A stretch of DNA of 64,000 nt from Octopus sinensis (Eukaryota), in NCBI RefSeq assembly GCF_006345805.1, contig NW_021832531.1, forward strand, positions 248,001-312,000, written 5' to 3'. The notes beneath the pieces are model-generated. The model was not told the origin of the DNA. It searched no databases and saw only the letters and a program-made list of their open reading frames with translations. Made by a program: the position numbers and the translations under genes. This document shows, one piece after another, positions 26,391 to 38,580 of this stretch (position 1 is the first letter of the stretch; each line of letters opens with the position of its first letter).

Positions 26391-28049
26391 TTTTACACAA
26401 GGTAACAATATGACAACTACCACAAAGTAATTTTTATATTTTATTTTAATTATTATTATTTAATTTAATTAAACATTATTATTTAAATATATGTGAAAAA
26501 ATTTCAAAATTTCTATTAATAATAAACTTGTTAAGTGTCAATTACAATAATTTAAATGTTAAATTTAAAATTCTTTAAAATATCAAAAATATTAATAAAT
26601 AAAGATAATTAATTTAATATGTTAATAACTTTTAATAATAGTTCAAAACATTGTCTTGTGTGCATTAGATGTACGTTTTTTAATTTTTAATAATTATAGG
26701 AATAAGGCAGCATTTGAATCGCCCGATCAGTTTCTGATTTGCAGGTACCAGCAATTTTTTTTAAAACTAGAAATATCTTGATCAAAAATTAAAGGAACAT
26801 TTAAATTTACAAAATTCAAAGAGTTTTTATTTTTAAATAAAATTCAATAGTCTCCCCTGATGCCAAGACTATTTTGGCTTATCTCGTTGAAATATTCATG
26901 AAGGGTTTCTTGTTATTTCTATGTATCATAGAGGGAGTCCAAAGGGCAGTTGCACAATGCAAAGTAATTTTAGTTGTTTATTGTAGGCGGATTCGTTTTC
27001 AGAAGTGCAAATACAACACCTTACTTCAATATTGGGACTTTTGGTACTTTTTGAAATAAGATTTAAGGTGTTGGATTTTTCTTGAACTTAACTTTTTTTA
27101 TAAACTTTTTGTATAAACTTATTTTTTTTAATTATTAATATAATGTGTCCCAAAGGACAATATATTTTTATTTGACTTTGTCATATATGAATTATGCTAT
27201 TGACATTAGAAAAAATTTCATAAACCAAAAAACAATTTCTAGTTTTTAGTTAGGCACTAATTTGATAGTTTGGAGTGGTTTTCTTCACTGGCGGAGCCTT
27301 TAGTGTTTATAACTGAAAGAGGGCACAAGTTTTTGGTATGTTAAATAAAAAATTGAAATAGCCAGTTTGTTAAGTTTTTCGATTTTGAGTGATTCCAACT
27401 TATTTATTTATAATATGTCAGCCGATAATGAAACCGATTCGAAGGTGAAACCATGATAGCTAAAATCAATTTTAATCATCTTCAAAAAATAACATAATAC
27501 ATTATTTTAAAGAAAACATTAACTAATTATTGTTAGTTATTCTTACAGCAAGTGGAGATCGAAAAAATGAGGAATTATATCTTGATTTGGATTTTAATTA
27601 AAATTATTTGGAAAGCTTAAAAAAAGATACTTTCTATAATTGTTCTTGAAACACACATTTTTGTTAGTTATCTTTTTCAACCGTTTAGAATGCACCTTCC
27701 TTTTAATTCAGTTGTAATTTACTTGCTTCTTTAATTAAATAAACCTGAAAAATACAAAAAATCAAATTCCACATTTTAAATCACGACTTCTGTACCGAAA
27801 AAGAATTTATACAATTGAACAACTGTTCTGAAGAAATTGTTGAACGAAATAAAATCAAGAATACTCGAATATATTACTATTTTCTACGTCAAAAAATTTT
27901 TAGACAATTTTGCAACAATAGTGACTGTATCCACGTATAAATGTTTAATTTCTTTCTTGCTTTCAGAACATAAAATAATTGTTCAATTAAAAAAAAAAAT
28001 GTTAGAATCCGATTAATCTCAAATAAGGATTTTTCCCATAATTCTTTTT

Positions 28050-29040
28050 AATGCAAATCTTTTAAGTAATTATAAGATAAATACTATGTACCCAATGTTG
28101 AATTCATATTTTGACACATGCACTTCTATCTTGCTGTTTATTCTCTTATAAGACTGAAAATCCAAGTTAATCTTTGGAAACTTGAATTCGAATTTATTGT
28201 TCAACAATTCCCTGACTCTGGGGATTGTTTGGTCTTTCATGTACTTGTTGAACATAAAACTTCTCGCATGCTTTTACCACATGAAAATTTTTAAAATCAC
28301 TTCCGTTTTCTAATTGAAAAAACTTTCAGGGACCAAAATCTATAAAAATGTCATTTAGATTAGTCTCCATCGCTACTCCACTTTTATTTTTAAGATTCTT
28401 TGTAAACGCATATTTCACATATACGTATATTACAGACATTAACGGGAAAGAACGCTTGAACTGGACAAAAGAATAAGCTATATTTATCACCAAATGAGTT
28501 TGTCTTCAACATCGCCACTGCCTGTCAGTACTTCGAAGGGAAAGATCATTTTGCGAAAAGAGGATATAGCAATCAGAAGGCGAAGTTTAATTAATTAATA
28601 TTTGGATTTAGTCATTTGTTAATTTGTATGGACAGACATTAATCAAGAAAAATCGTTGTTTTCATTTTTAAATCTACAAAATGAGCTAATTTTATACTGT
28701 TAAATAAGCAACAATATGATTTAAATCATCATTAGTAAACCTGAAAAGCAGATATTGCATTCTTTAACAACTTGGCGAATGATCTGTCCTCTCAATATAA
28801 AAAATCTTCGCCTACATCAGACTTCCAAAGAATTATGTCCACAATAACTGGCTTCATGAATCTCACGTGCAATTATTTTAATCTCTTTTAAGCTCGTAAA
28901 AGCAATTATGAGGTTGTGTAGGTCGTTTATATTTTTAAGATTCCCCTCTTTAATTAGGAAATTTTCTGCTTTCTTTTTGAGTCGATATTTCTTATGTTTT
29001 GGAAGATCGACATGACAAAGTGGAAACAAAGTTATGCTAA
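28050..29040 (-). mobile_element. Ginger/GIN-like integrase remnant (H2C2 Zn region plus core)
   Basis: EIHEASYCGHNSL and FGP..FQLENGSDFKN...HERPNNPQSQGIVE, with stops. Confidence 0.65.
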
Positions 29041-29338
29041 AGTGGATAATATTTTATCTGGGTCAATATGAAAAATATTTTTTGAGAATGATCAAGCATG
29101 ATAAACCTGCATCTCGGATTTCACAATTATTTACAAACGAATATTATTAGTGTTAGAAAATTTAGACAAAGAGCCCAAATCAAAACTTTGCTGAACGTTT
29201 TATAAAGTCTAAAAATATACGAGAAATTCAAAACAAAGGATGCGCTAAAAATGTGATCTAATCTAAGTTTGGCAAAGAAAATATCGTAACCAAGTATATA
29301 ACATTGATATAAAAATAAATTTTATAAGACAAACAAAA

Positions 29339-30112
29339 CTAAAAAGTTTTTTTGGGTTTTTTAGATTTAAATGTATTTACCCTTCCCTTAGATCGAAAAT
29401 TGGTCTTTTTTGAAGAATTTTTTTGAGCTTTTTTATTTTCCTTTTTTAACTTCCTTCTTTCTTTTCTTGCTTCCAATTTCAAATTCCCTTCCTCCAAAAA
29501 ATCCAAAGACTTAATCTTGCCTGCCTTGAAACTTCTAATTTTTTCGTTAAACTGTTTTTTCTCTGCCTGTTTTTGTCGCTTAACTTCCGAATTTATTGCT
29601 TTGGACTGTTTTTTGAGATCACGGAGTTGACGTGACTTTGCAGCCTTTTCCGTCATTTTATCGACTTGCAATAACTTTTTGCGTATTTTTTCCATGTGAA
29701 TATCACTTTTAGCCATTTCGGCCAAATAGTCAGGGGGACGGACAGTGGCAATTCCAGAGGAGTGAAGTCTTTTTAGTCCCTCAGAAACAGCTTTTTGTGT
29801 CATGTGGAAAATTAGTTTTTCACGGCGGTTTTTGTCAGTAAAATCGTTTTGGGAAGGATTGTTGTTTGTGTCGGAAATAATTGATAAAAATGGGGTTGAA
29901 TCGACAGAAATGTCAAGTCTTTGTATCCAATCAAGGTTAGATTGAGTAAACGATTCGAGTTTTTGATTTAGTTCTTTGTTTAATTGTAATGGCTGTTTTT
30001 TCTCCTTGCTCTTGTATAAGCCTGGTTGTATTTTTCCTTCGGATAAAAGACATTGAAGATTTACATCCGAATCGGATGATTCATCAGAAAATACTTTTTG
30101 TTCAACTTGCAT
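29339..30112 (-). CDS. EBNA1BP2: rRNA-processing protein Ebp2, intronless
   Basis: LDWIQRLD, RPPDYLAEMAKSDIHMEKIRKKL and a Lys-rich tail; 257-aa ORF. Confidence 0.93.
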   Translation of the reverse strand: MQVEQKVFSDESSDSDVNLQCLLSEGKIQPGLYKSKEKKQPLQLNKELNQKLESFTQSNLDWIQRLDISVDSTPFLSIISDTNNNPSQNDFTDKNRREKLIFHMTQKAVSEGLKRLHSSGIATVRPPDYLAEMAKSDIHMEKIRKKLLQVDKMTEKAAKSRQLRDLKKQSKAINSEVKRQKQAEKKQFNEKIRSFKAGKIKSLDFLEEGNLKLEARKERRKLKKENKKAQKNSSKKTNFRSKGRVNTFKSKKPKKTF

Positions 30113-30150
30113 TATATAAGAAACACAACAACGCCAAAAGAAAAAAAACG

Positions 30151-30156
30151 CACGTG
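30151..30156. promoter_or_regulatory. E-box CACGTG upstream of the EBP2 ATG
   Basis: Exact CACGTG 38 nt upstream of the minus-strand ATG. Confidence 0.4.
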
Positions 30157-30819
30157 TTTTATTTAAATCAATAAAAACATATTAAATTTTTAAAATCAAC
30201 AAAATAATAGTTATATAACAAATTATTCTCTTTTCAATTTGTTAAATTTTCGGATAAACCAATTGGGATGCACAGTCCAATGTTTTCCATTTTCACAGAA
30301 AAGTCCAGGAGGTTTCAGTTGAGTTGGAATGTCCGCAGAGTCTTGGGCACTCTTTATGTCTCGAGAAAACGGTCGGGACTGTCCAGTTCATCCATAGTCT
30401 ATTCACATTTACATGAGTGTGAAAAGGATATTTTTAAATATAGACGTATGTATAAACCAACACGTAAACTCTTGTTCAACCAACCTGCAGAAGTGGGCAG
30501 ACATAAAGCCAGGCCTCAGATTCTGATTGGGTAGGACTCCTTAGACAAGCAAGTTGATTCTTGTTCAAAAAGGATTCCAGAGATTAGTAAAAGAACTTAC
30601 ACAAAATTTTGTCTCAGTGCTTCTAAGAAAAAATGAAAACTGGAACCTTGAGTCCTCTGTTTTGTTAAATTTAGAGCTCCATATGTAGCTAAGTAGACGT
30701 CAACAAGAAAGGCACACATAGTTTGGGAGGAAAAATACATAAGTAAAGAAACATAATTCTGAATAACGATGAACGAATACTTACGTTTCAAAATGACCAA
30801 AAAAGGAAAATTTACTTGC

Positions 30820-31050
30820 CCAAGTCTCAACCATTCGAGAGTGATCTATTTGAATAGTTTGTTAAAAAACGATCATTTGGATTTACAATCAATGATTATT
30901 TTTTGAAGTTCATGTTTTAAAAATGGCGAAAGCTTGTAATATTCAAGCATTTCAAGCAGCAAATGGATGGGTTGAGAAATTTAAAAATCGACATTGTCCG
31001 TGCTTTATGTGCGGAAAATCAATTTGTTGAAACTTCTGTGATTGAAATTT
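30820..31050 (+). mobile_element. Tigger/pogo CENP-B-type HTH fragment
   Basis: FQAANGWVEKFKNRH motif. Confidence 0.6.
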
Positions 31051-31300
31051 TACAGAAAGCCTCAATAGTTGATGATTCTACCGCTGTGAGGAACGCATAC
31101 ATTGATAACTGATATAACCCCATTGGTCCTTCCCTCTTTGCCGATTTGTACTTGGAGCACTAAGATTATATCTGTCACTCTCCACCATTGTTTGAGTCCA
31201 CACCATAGGTTTTTGTGAATCACAAATCCTTGTCCGTAATGTCTGCAGTCAAGGGGTAGCAAGATCATTCAATAGTTTTTGTATGTTAGGTTTATTCCCG
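31050..31300 (-). mobile_element. RTE-like LINE apurinic endonuclease fragment
   Basis: HYGQGFVIHKNL...WRVTD..LVLQ...ISVINVCVPHS. Confidence 0.55.
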
Positions 31301-31549
31301 ACTTTAGGTTGGTCTCTTGTAGGCGCTACAATTGGTTATAAGGTGTTGGAATCTCTTATGAATTGTGTATGGGACTTTCAAGCAATTTTATAGACAAACA
31401 ATAATAAATTAATAGTTAATCAGAAACTAAGCAGATCTCACTCCAGCTCGCTGATATCCACTCTCCTTCTCTTGGAAGAAGAGTCTACTTCCAGCTGCCT
31501 CTGACTCCCTATTACCACATCTGATTCAACCATTTCGAGACAACTCCAT

Positions 31550-34500
31550 CCATCAATTTTCAATTGGCAAAAAACCGGTCTTGGTAAAGTTGACATTCTT
31601 TTGCCGCCATTTGAACGAATTGGAAGTAAATCTGTAAATTGAGGATAATTAAGCCACATTCACTACTTCTCATCTCAATGAGACTTTTCACAGACAAGTG
31701 TATAATAATGCTATTATTACATTCATTTAAAACCAACATGATTCTTCCGCGCACATTTAAAAAACTTAAATTACAGTAAAAGCTCTGGTGCTCGCCACCT
31801 CTATTGCTCGCCACATATTTTCCAAAAAATTAAAAATTTCTAGTAAATTTTGATAAATATTCTATTGCTCGCCATTTTCTAAATCTCGCCATTAATTTTT
31901 TAAAATATTTTTTTTGGTTAAACTATTTTTTATATAAAATATTTTTTTTGGTTAAACTATTTTTTATATAAAATATTTCAACCATGCTAAATTCAACATG
32001 CGTAAGAGCACAAGATTGTCTTTTAATGAAAAACGTCGCATTATTGCGTACATGGAGGAGAACAAAAGTCTCACGATGGACCGTATAGCTTACATTTTTT
32101 CTTCTGTTTTGAAGAAAAAAATATCTCGAAGGGCTGTAAACGATTTTAGACTTGGAAAAGAGAAAATAATGTCTACTGATCCTATTTTCTCCAATAAGAA
32201 AAGATTATCTAACTTAACTTATTCTGTTATTGACACCGAACTATTAACTTGGATGGAATACATTGAGCTGCAGTTGATCAGAAACAAGAAATTGATCTCT
32301 GCAAAGATTCAAAAATATAATGCTGAAAACATTTATAACGCTGATGAAACTGGGATTTTTTTACAAATCTATCCAGTCAAAAAGTGTTTGTCAGAAGGTT
32401 CGATATGGACATAAAATCCTTAAAGAACGGTTTAATTTTTATTTATTTTTTTAGATTTTCTTTGTTGCTATGCTCAAATATGACTGGGGCAAACAAAAAT
32501 TCCACTTATGATTGGAAAGTTCCAGAAACCTCGCTGCTTTAAAAATTTTAAAGTCGAAAATTTTGTCGATTACTGTCATTCACCAAAAGCATGGATGACA
32601 AGTAAAATTTTTAACGAATGGCTTTTAACATGGGATAGGCATCTAAAAAAACAAAAAATTCTTTTAGTTGTGGATCGATGACCATCCCATAAACTTTACG
32701 CTGATTTAGAGTCAATTAAAGTTCTTTACCTACCTTCGAAGACTACAACAATTCTACAACCAATGGATCAAGGAATCATTAGATCCTTCAAAGGACATTT
32801 TAATAAACTTAAATTTGAGTTTATGTTACAAAAAATTGAAAATGGAGAAAATCCACTGGAAAGCTCATACAAAATTAACTTTAAAAGACGGTCTTCTTTT
32901 TGCATATTTTGCCTGGAAAAAAGTAACGACCAAAACAAGTACAAATTGTTTCGGACATTCAAAATGGATCGAATGTGAAAATCAACTCGAAAGACCAACT
33001 GTTGAAATTGATAATTTTTAGTTAATTTTTTCTTTTTAATTTCTTTCGATTCTCTTTGTTTCTTTGCTTAAATATGACTTGAAAGGTTCACTTAGGAAAG
33101 TATCGAAAACCGAGATGTTTTCAAAATTTCAAGGTCAAAAAATTTATTGATTATTTCCATTGCTCCCCAAATTCTATTGCTCGCCATTTTTTTTTCGGTC
33201 CCGAAAATGGCGAGCACCAATGGTTTTACTGTATATATTTATTTATATTATTGAGTTTAGCTTATTAAATGATAAACCTAAAACTATATAAATTCACACT
33301 GCATAATTAACTGCGTCAACGAGTCGCATGTTCTTCTATTGCAAATATTAATTTTCTATTCATAATTATTATTTCTATTCAAGGACTTTATGCATATTAA
33401 TATTTACTCAGAACCTTCAATGAATTAAAAAATTGTTGGTTATGAGTTTGTTTCTCTCAATATTGCGATATGTATTGTTCCTTTGTCTATAATTTAAAAT
33501 AATGACCTAATTTTTGAATTCCAGTGATCAAATAGATTCTTGATTTGACCTATTTATAATTTTATTTTTCAGACAATTTAATAATTTATTTTTAATGTTT
33601 TTTGAGTGCTATTACTCAAACAACATTACTTAATGATTATTAATGTCTTTTATACTTTTATTGTATGCCGAATTCTCATTTTATTAAATACAACAATTTC
33701 TATTATTTGATTTCCCTTCATTTATTTTTTGGTTGGCTTATCTTTACCGAGTACAAATACAGTGATATCTCTTCCAACATCTCTTTACGCAGGATAGCAC
33801 AAGATAAGGCACGATTGCTGTAACTCATATCGACTTTCCTGTATTTTCAAAGAACTATCCTTCGATTTAAATTTATTGTAAGAAAAATAACTCACTATGT
33901 ACTTCTTCGGTGCTTAATTTTTCCAGTCAAGTTTTATCTTTATTTATTTTTACACGTTACTCGAGAGAAAATTAATGGAAAGGATTGTCTCTCATATGAC
34001 CCTCAACTCGTGGATTTAATCATTATAATTAACATTCTTACAAAAAATATTTCTTGATCCAGGATTTAACAGATTTTGCATTCTATTGGTAACTATATTA
34101 ACCAATAACATATGATGTTTCGTTGACAGTGAAACTTGTTGAATGAGGCCAATTTTCCAGAATATAAAATTGAGGCAAATTCTGGGAAAATTTATCTTAA
34201 TTAAAATATTTCTCAGAATTATGAATAATGGTACAATTTTAAATCATTCCATTTATTTTCAATCCGCGAGAACCAATCTTGATGAAGTTGACATTCTTTT
34301 GACGTCATTTTACGGAATTGGAAGGAAATTTGTGAATCGGAAATAATTAATCTTTTTTAAGAATCTTAAAATTAATCATCTCGAAAGGACGATATCCGAA
34401 TATTTAATTAAGGGCATTCATCTTTTTTCACCTTGACAGATTTTAATGAAATAATACAGTTTACCCTCTATTAATAGCTACTTTTTGGGGAAAAATGCCA

Positions 34501-34735
34501 TTTTTTACTAAGGAAATTCTATTGCTCGCCAAATTCTCTTACTCGTTACGTTTCAGTATTAAAATGATTTTTTTTATTTATGAATTTGTTCAAATGAAAA
34601 CAGATAAAGTTAGGAATGGGCAAAGAGGAAACGCCGGGGGCTGAACCACGCACCCTCCTGCGAAAAGTAAAAAAATAATTTTTCGAATATTTATACCGCT
34701 TATCTTTTTGTGTAACATGAGGAAGTGTTCTAGAT
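31550..34735. repeat. Segmental duplication, copy 1 (interrupted by a Tigger); paralog of 38581-40300
   Basis: Colinear near-identity with 38581-40300 once 31774-33231 is removed (about 1.72 kb each). Confidence 0.9.
31774..33231 (+). mobile_element. Tigger/pogo DNA transposon, 1458 bp, decayed transposase
   Basis: 24-bp TIRs CAGTAAAAGCTCTGGTGCTCGCCA / revcomp CAGTAAAACCATTGGTGCTCGCCA; TA TSD; HTH ORF 31998-32414 with YNADETG; QPMDQGIIRSFK; empty site near 38790. Confidence 0.93.
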
Positions 34736-35170
34736 CAGGGGTTCTCAACCTTTTTAGCTCAAGGGCCAAATCGATAATTAAAATTAGTTTCGCGGGCCGC
34801 ACAAAGTATATTTTATATATTGATATATTCATATATGCATTGTGTGTTATATTCTTTTTCTCGAATCTCCTAAAATCATAGAATTAGATGTTTTGACATT
34901 GATAAGAGTCGAATTTGGAAGAGTGTTGCCGATAATGTCTTTCGATGGTATACGTTTTTAATGTGCTTAGCATCGCATAGCAAATAAGGCACTGTGCTTT
35001 TCCCTTACAATCGACCATAAAAAATTTTTCTTCCCAATCTTTTTGAAATACACGATTTTCTTGAGTGATGTTTCGATTTCGTTTAGCACAACTAGACATA
35101 GGAAGAATAAAAAATGCTACGCTAAAATAGTTTATTTAAAGTTTATTTTAACCTTAAGAATAAATAATTA
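34736..35170 (-). mobile_element. Charlie-type hAT, internally deleted or truncated
   Basis: TIR CAGGGGTTCTCAACC directly after TTCTAGAT (Charlie-like NTCTAGAN target). The Zn-finger ORF 34884-35099 reads KRNR..ENRVFQKDW..CLIC..RHY. Confidence 0.75.
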
Positions 35171-35184
35171 AATTTCTCTAGATT

Positions 35185-35440
35185 CTAGAGTCTACAATGC
35201 TTTCGTCAAACCTGTACTACTCTACAATTCCTCAACATGGGGCATTTCTGATTCAGATTTAAAAAACCTTGACTCTTTCCACAACCGGTTGTTCTGCAAG
35301 ACGACTTGAGGCTTTTAAAGAAAACCCTGAAGACCTGTGATGATTTCGACAAACTTCGGATACTGGCCCAAAACCGCAAAGATTTTTCTCTCAATATTTC
35401 CACCTGCAATCGTATCATTCACAATCTGACATACAATTGA
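35185..35440 (+). mobile_element. RTE-like LINE RT C-terminal fragment, internally deleted
   Basis: RVYNAFVKPVLLYNSSTWG..LDSFHNR, then LQDDL..LKTCDDFDKLRILAQNR. Confidence 0.6.
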
Positions 35441-35614
35441 TGGATTCGGCAAAAAATTTAACGCATAAAAATTAACAAGATAGCTGTTAGATGATTCCTT
35501 ATCCTCAAATTTGAATCAAAAAGTTTATCAGGTTCTAAGAATCGAATTTTTTAATTTTAATAAAAAGAAAATATAATTTGCTTATAATAAATAAAAATTT
35601 GAAAAACAACAAAA

Positions 35615-37143
35615 TCATTCGACAACTAACTTCTGCATTTTGGCTACAACCGCATCCAATTTCTTATATAGGGTAATATCAACCGATTCCGCGACAACAG
35701 TAGAAGACAGCGAATCCTTAATATCAATAAAAAAACCAAAAAACATTTTTATAGTCGACTTTAATTCTCATGTTCATATTTGAGTTCAAATCCTGAACCA
35801 TTCTGTCCAATTCAACCCCATCAATTTCAAACAAAGTCATAAAATTACTACAAATATATAAACATTGTGTCAAACAAACTTTATCGACAAACAAGACATT
35901 ATTTTTAGCATTCTCTTCAAAATTAACTGACAAGAATATTTATAAAACAAATCTGCAAAATTACTCATGAAATAATCCAATTTTATGATCTGAAAATTTA
36001 TAAAAAACAAATCAACTTCCCGACAGTCCTTGAGGTCCCTTGCCATCGAAATCAAATCCAAATCCCCCACCAACCTAAGCACAAAGGAGGACACACAATC
36101 CTTGTCCACCATTTGCTTCTAATACTCAAAAACACAAAAATAACAATCAGTTCCAAAAGACGTTCAAAATTGTCGTCATTTCGAGACACAACAACAGCCA
36201 CAGCCAAATAACAAACCAAATAAGGCGACCGACTCACAACACCATCCAAAAAACTAATCATCAGTCACTTCCATCAACCTGCTCTCAAAAAACAGCTCAC
36301 AAAAAACTGGGAGTGACTCAACAGAACGGAAATAAACAAACAACGACCAATTCAGCAGCCACAAATTATCAGTAAATGCCCTCACAAGACTGACTTTTGA
36401 CTAACCTTATTCCACAACCCAAACCTGTGACAAAACCTGCCTCAATTCAGCCAAGTGGGTCTCAGCCCGACTGAAGTTACCCAAAAGAACCGCACAGCAC
36501 AACTTACCCCAAAAACCCTTCACAAACCGACCAGAATCGACATAAAGCATCTAAAACACGTGCAAATAATCTACTAGTGGATGAAGTAAGTCCAATTGGA
36601 GGTAGGCTTCCTCGTATTTGCCAATATCGAACTTGAATTGGACAAACTCAAAGGCAAAGCACAACAAATTGGGGAAATCAGTCTAAAAATAGTCACAAAA
36701 TGGCTACATCAAATTCTGACTGCAATCTGCTGAAAATTATGCTGGGGACTCTAAAATTGATGGGTTGATTAGCTCACGTGCTGCCGTTTATTTCACTTTT
36801 GAATTTGGAAATGGCCGCGAAAAGGGGACCGAAGGACTTTTCGTTCGAGGAGAGGACGGTGCTAATTTTTTCACGTTTTTCAAGTAATTCTAATAAAATA
36901 TTTGAATTAGTGGAACCATGTGGGACTGTTTCAGTGTTGTGTACTATTTTGTAGTATTCAATCTCGTCGTCTATTCCGTGGGTTTTTGACAGTAATTCGA
37001 GAATGGAGGAATTCATATCTGATTTTTTGTATATCTTTTTAGGATTATAAAAAATATTTTGATAATACGTTTAATTCGGCATAATATTTTATGATACGAA
37101 TGGACATGTGTCTATCGACATATTGGAGTAAATCGAAATTCAT
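35615..37143 (-). CDS. EIF3E: Translation initiation factor eIF3 subunit E (Int6), highly divergent, multi-exon
   Basis: MNFDLLQYVDRHM..IYKKSD..ILELLSKT, FKFDIGKYEEA and DCVSSFV..DLDL..LKDCRE..LDYFM..CLSI align residue-wise to eIF3e as I recall it; exons join through 25-35-nt introns. Confidence 0.78.
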
Positions 37144-37954
37144 AACCCAACAAAAACACAAAATAACGTTCACGTTAATTTATTATTTTTTAATATTATA
37201 ATTATATAAAATTAACAAAATTATAGAGTTTTCCTAGATAAGCCCTTATTTCAACATTTCCAGTTATTATTTAGAAGATTTAAATATTTGGTTATACATT
37301 TATTATAACAATTTCTTATTATAACAATCGATTATATTATTAGTACATACCAATAATTCTAAAAAGCCGACGTTTCAGAGTTGTTGGAATATCAGTCATA
37401 GCAATTTTAGTATTCAAAAATGTCTTGAAATGTGATTAAAGGTCTTAGTAAGATCGACTGACAGAAGTATAATTATTGGAGGAGATTTAAAATTGTTAAT
37501 TATACGATATGTATATTCAAATGTTTTGAATCATTATATCACTGTAATCTTCGTTACCTGAATGTAGATGTTTTTGGACGTTTAGTCTGATTATCAGAAC
37601 TATATAAATCTTATTTAAAATTAATTTTACATGCCATCAAATGCTATTTTTCAGTCGCCAAAAATCAGTCGTCCCTTCTACCTTTTGTATTTTAAATGAC
37701 AGCGTAGTATTCATGAAGGCAATAAAATGTGCATATTCACAAATGAGTCAAAAATATTTACTTGATTTCGGGGAGATACATGTCAAGAAGTAAGATTTGG
37801 TCTTCTGTAAAATGACCTTCTCGATTTTAATCTCCATTGGTATCTTAATCCTGAAATGGAGAGTTATGAAGAATTTTCTTTGACATTAATGTGATTGATT
37901 ATTCATAGAAATATTTCCATGTCTCTGGCTATCCAAAATTTAAGAAGGACGGGT

Positions 37955-38510
37955 TTTTGTGGACATGACGGAATTTCTATAATTCTGTTGAAAAACCTTG
38001 GGCAAGTAGCAATAGCAGCCCTGGTTCAAATCTATAATTCCTTATAAACAACAATTCAATACCTACCATTTAGAAAATTGCTCTCATTTGCATTATCCTG
38101 AAATCGGGAAAGCCTAAACACGACCCATCGTCAGACAGACCAATCTTTCTCCTCTGCGTAGTATCTAAAGCTCTGGAAAAACTGATACTCAACCGAGTCA
38201 AACAATTATTTCTTCATCTGAAGTTCCAACATGGATTCAAAAGTGGGAAATCTACAGCTTCGCATTTTACCAGGCTGATTAACTTTATCTCAAAAGGACT
38301 AAAGATTAAACGCTGCAGAGAAAAGACGGTTATGTGTTCGGTGGACATTCACAAGACTTTCGACTCCGTGCCTAAGAAAATACTGACTAGGAAAATATTT
38401 CTCAGCAAAATCCCCTCGATCCTAAAAATTGGATGACTAACTTCCTCATTGGGCGAAGAGGAAGAATCTATACCAAAAGTATAAGGTCAAGCTCGAAGTA
38501 TTTTCCAGAT
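37955..38510 (+). mobile_element. Jockey/CR1-group LINE reverse transcriptase fragment
   Basis: DGIS..LK, KSGKP..RPI.LL..SKALEKLI, FQHGFK, SVDIHKTFDSVP. A more decayed antisense piece lies at ~37340-37480. Confidence 0.8.
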
Positions 38511-38580
38511 GGATAAAATTGATTTATCTTAATTAAAATATTTCTCAGAATTATGAATAATGGTACAATTTTACGTCATT

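Noticed and set aside
26700-26770. GCAG|GTACC followed by AATTTTTTTT, resembling a spliced-leader RNA donor plus Sm site
   Set aside because: Single copy, no convincing stem-loops, and such motifs are common in AT-rich DNA.
26860-27050. Cys-rich RCCIC...HC fragment like a piggyBac C-terminal domain
   Set aside because: Needs frameshifts, and no DDD core or TTAA-flanked TIR was found.
35990-36640. C/A-rich plus-strand stretch ending in PIGGRL, suggestive of a DIRS gag/RT junction
   Set aside because: It is the antisense of the spliced eIF3e gene; the plus-strand frames are full of stops.
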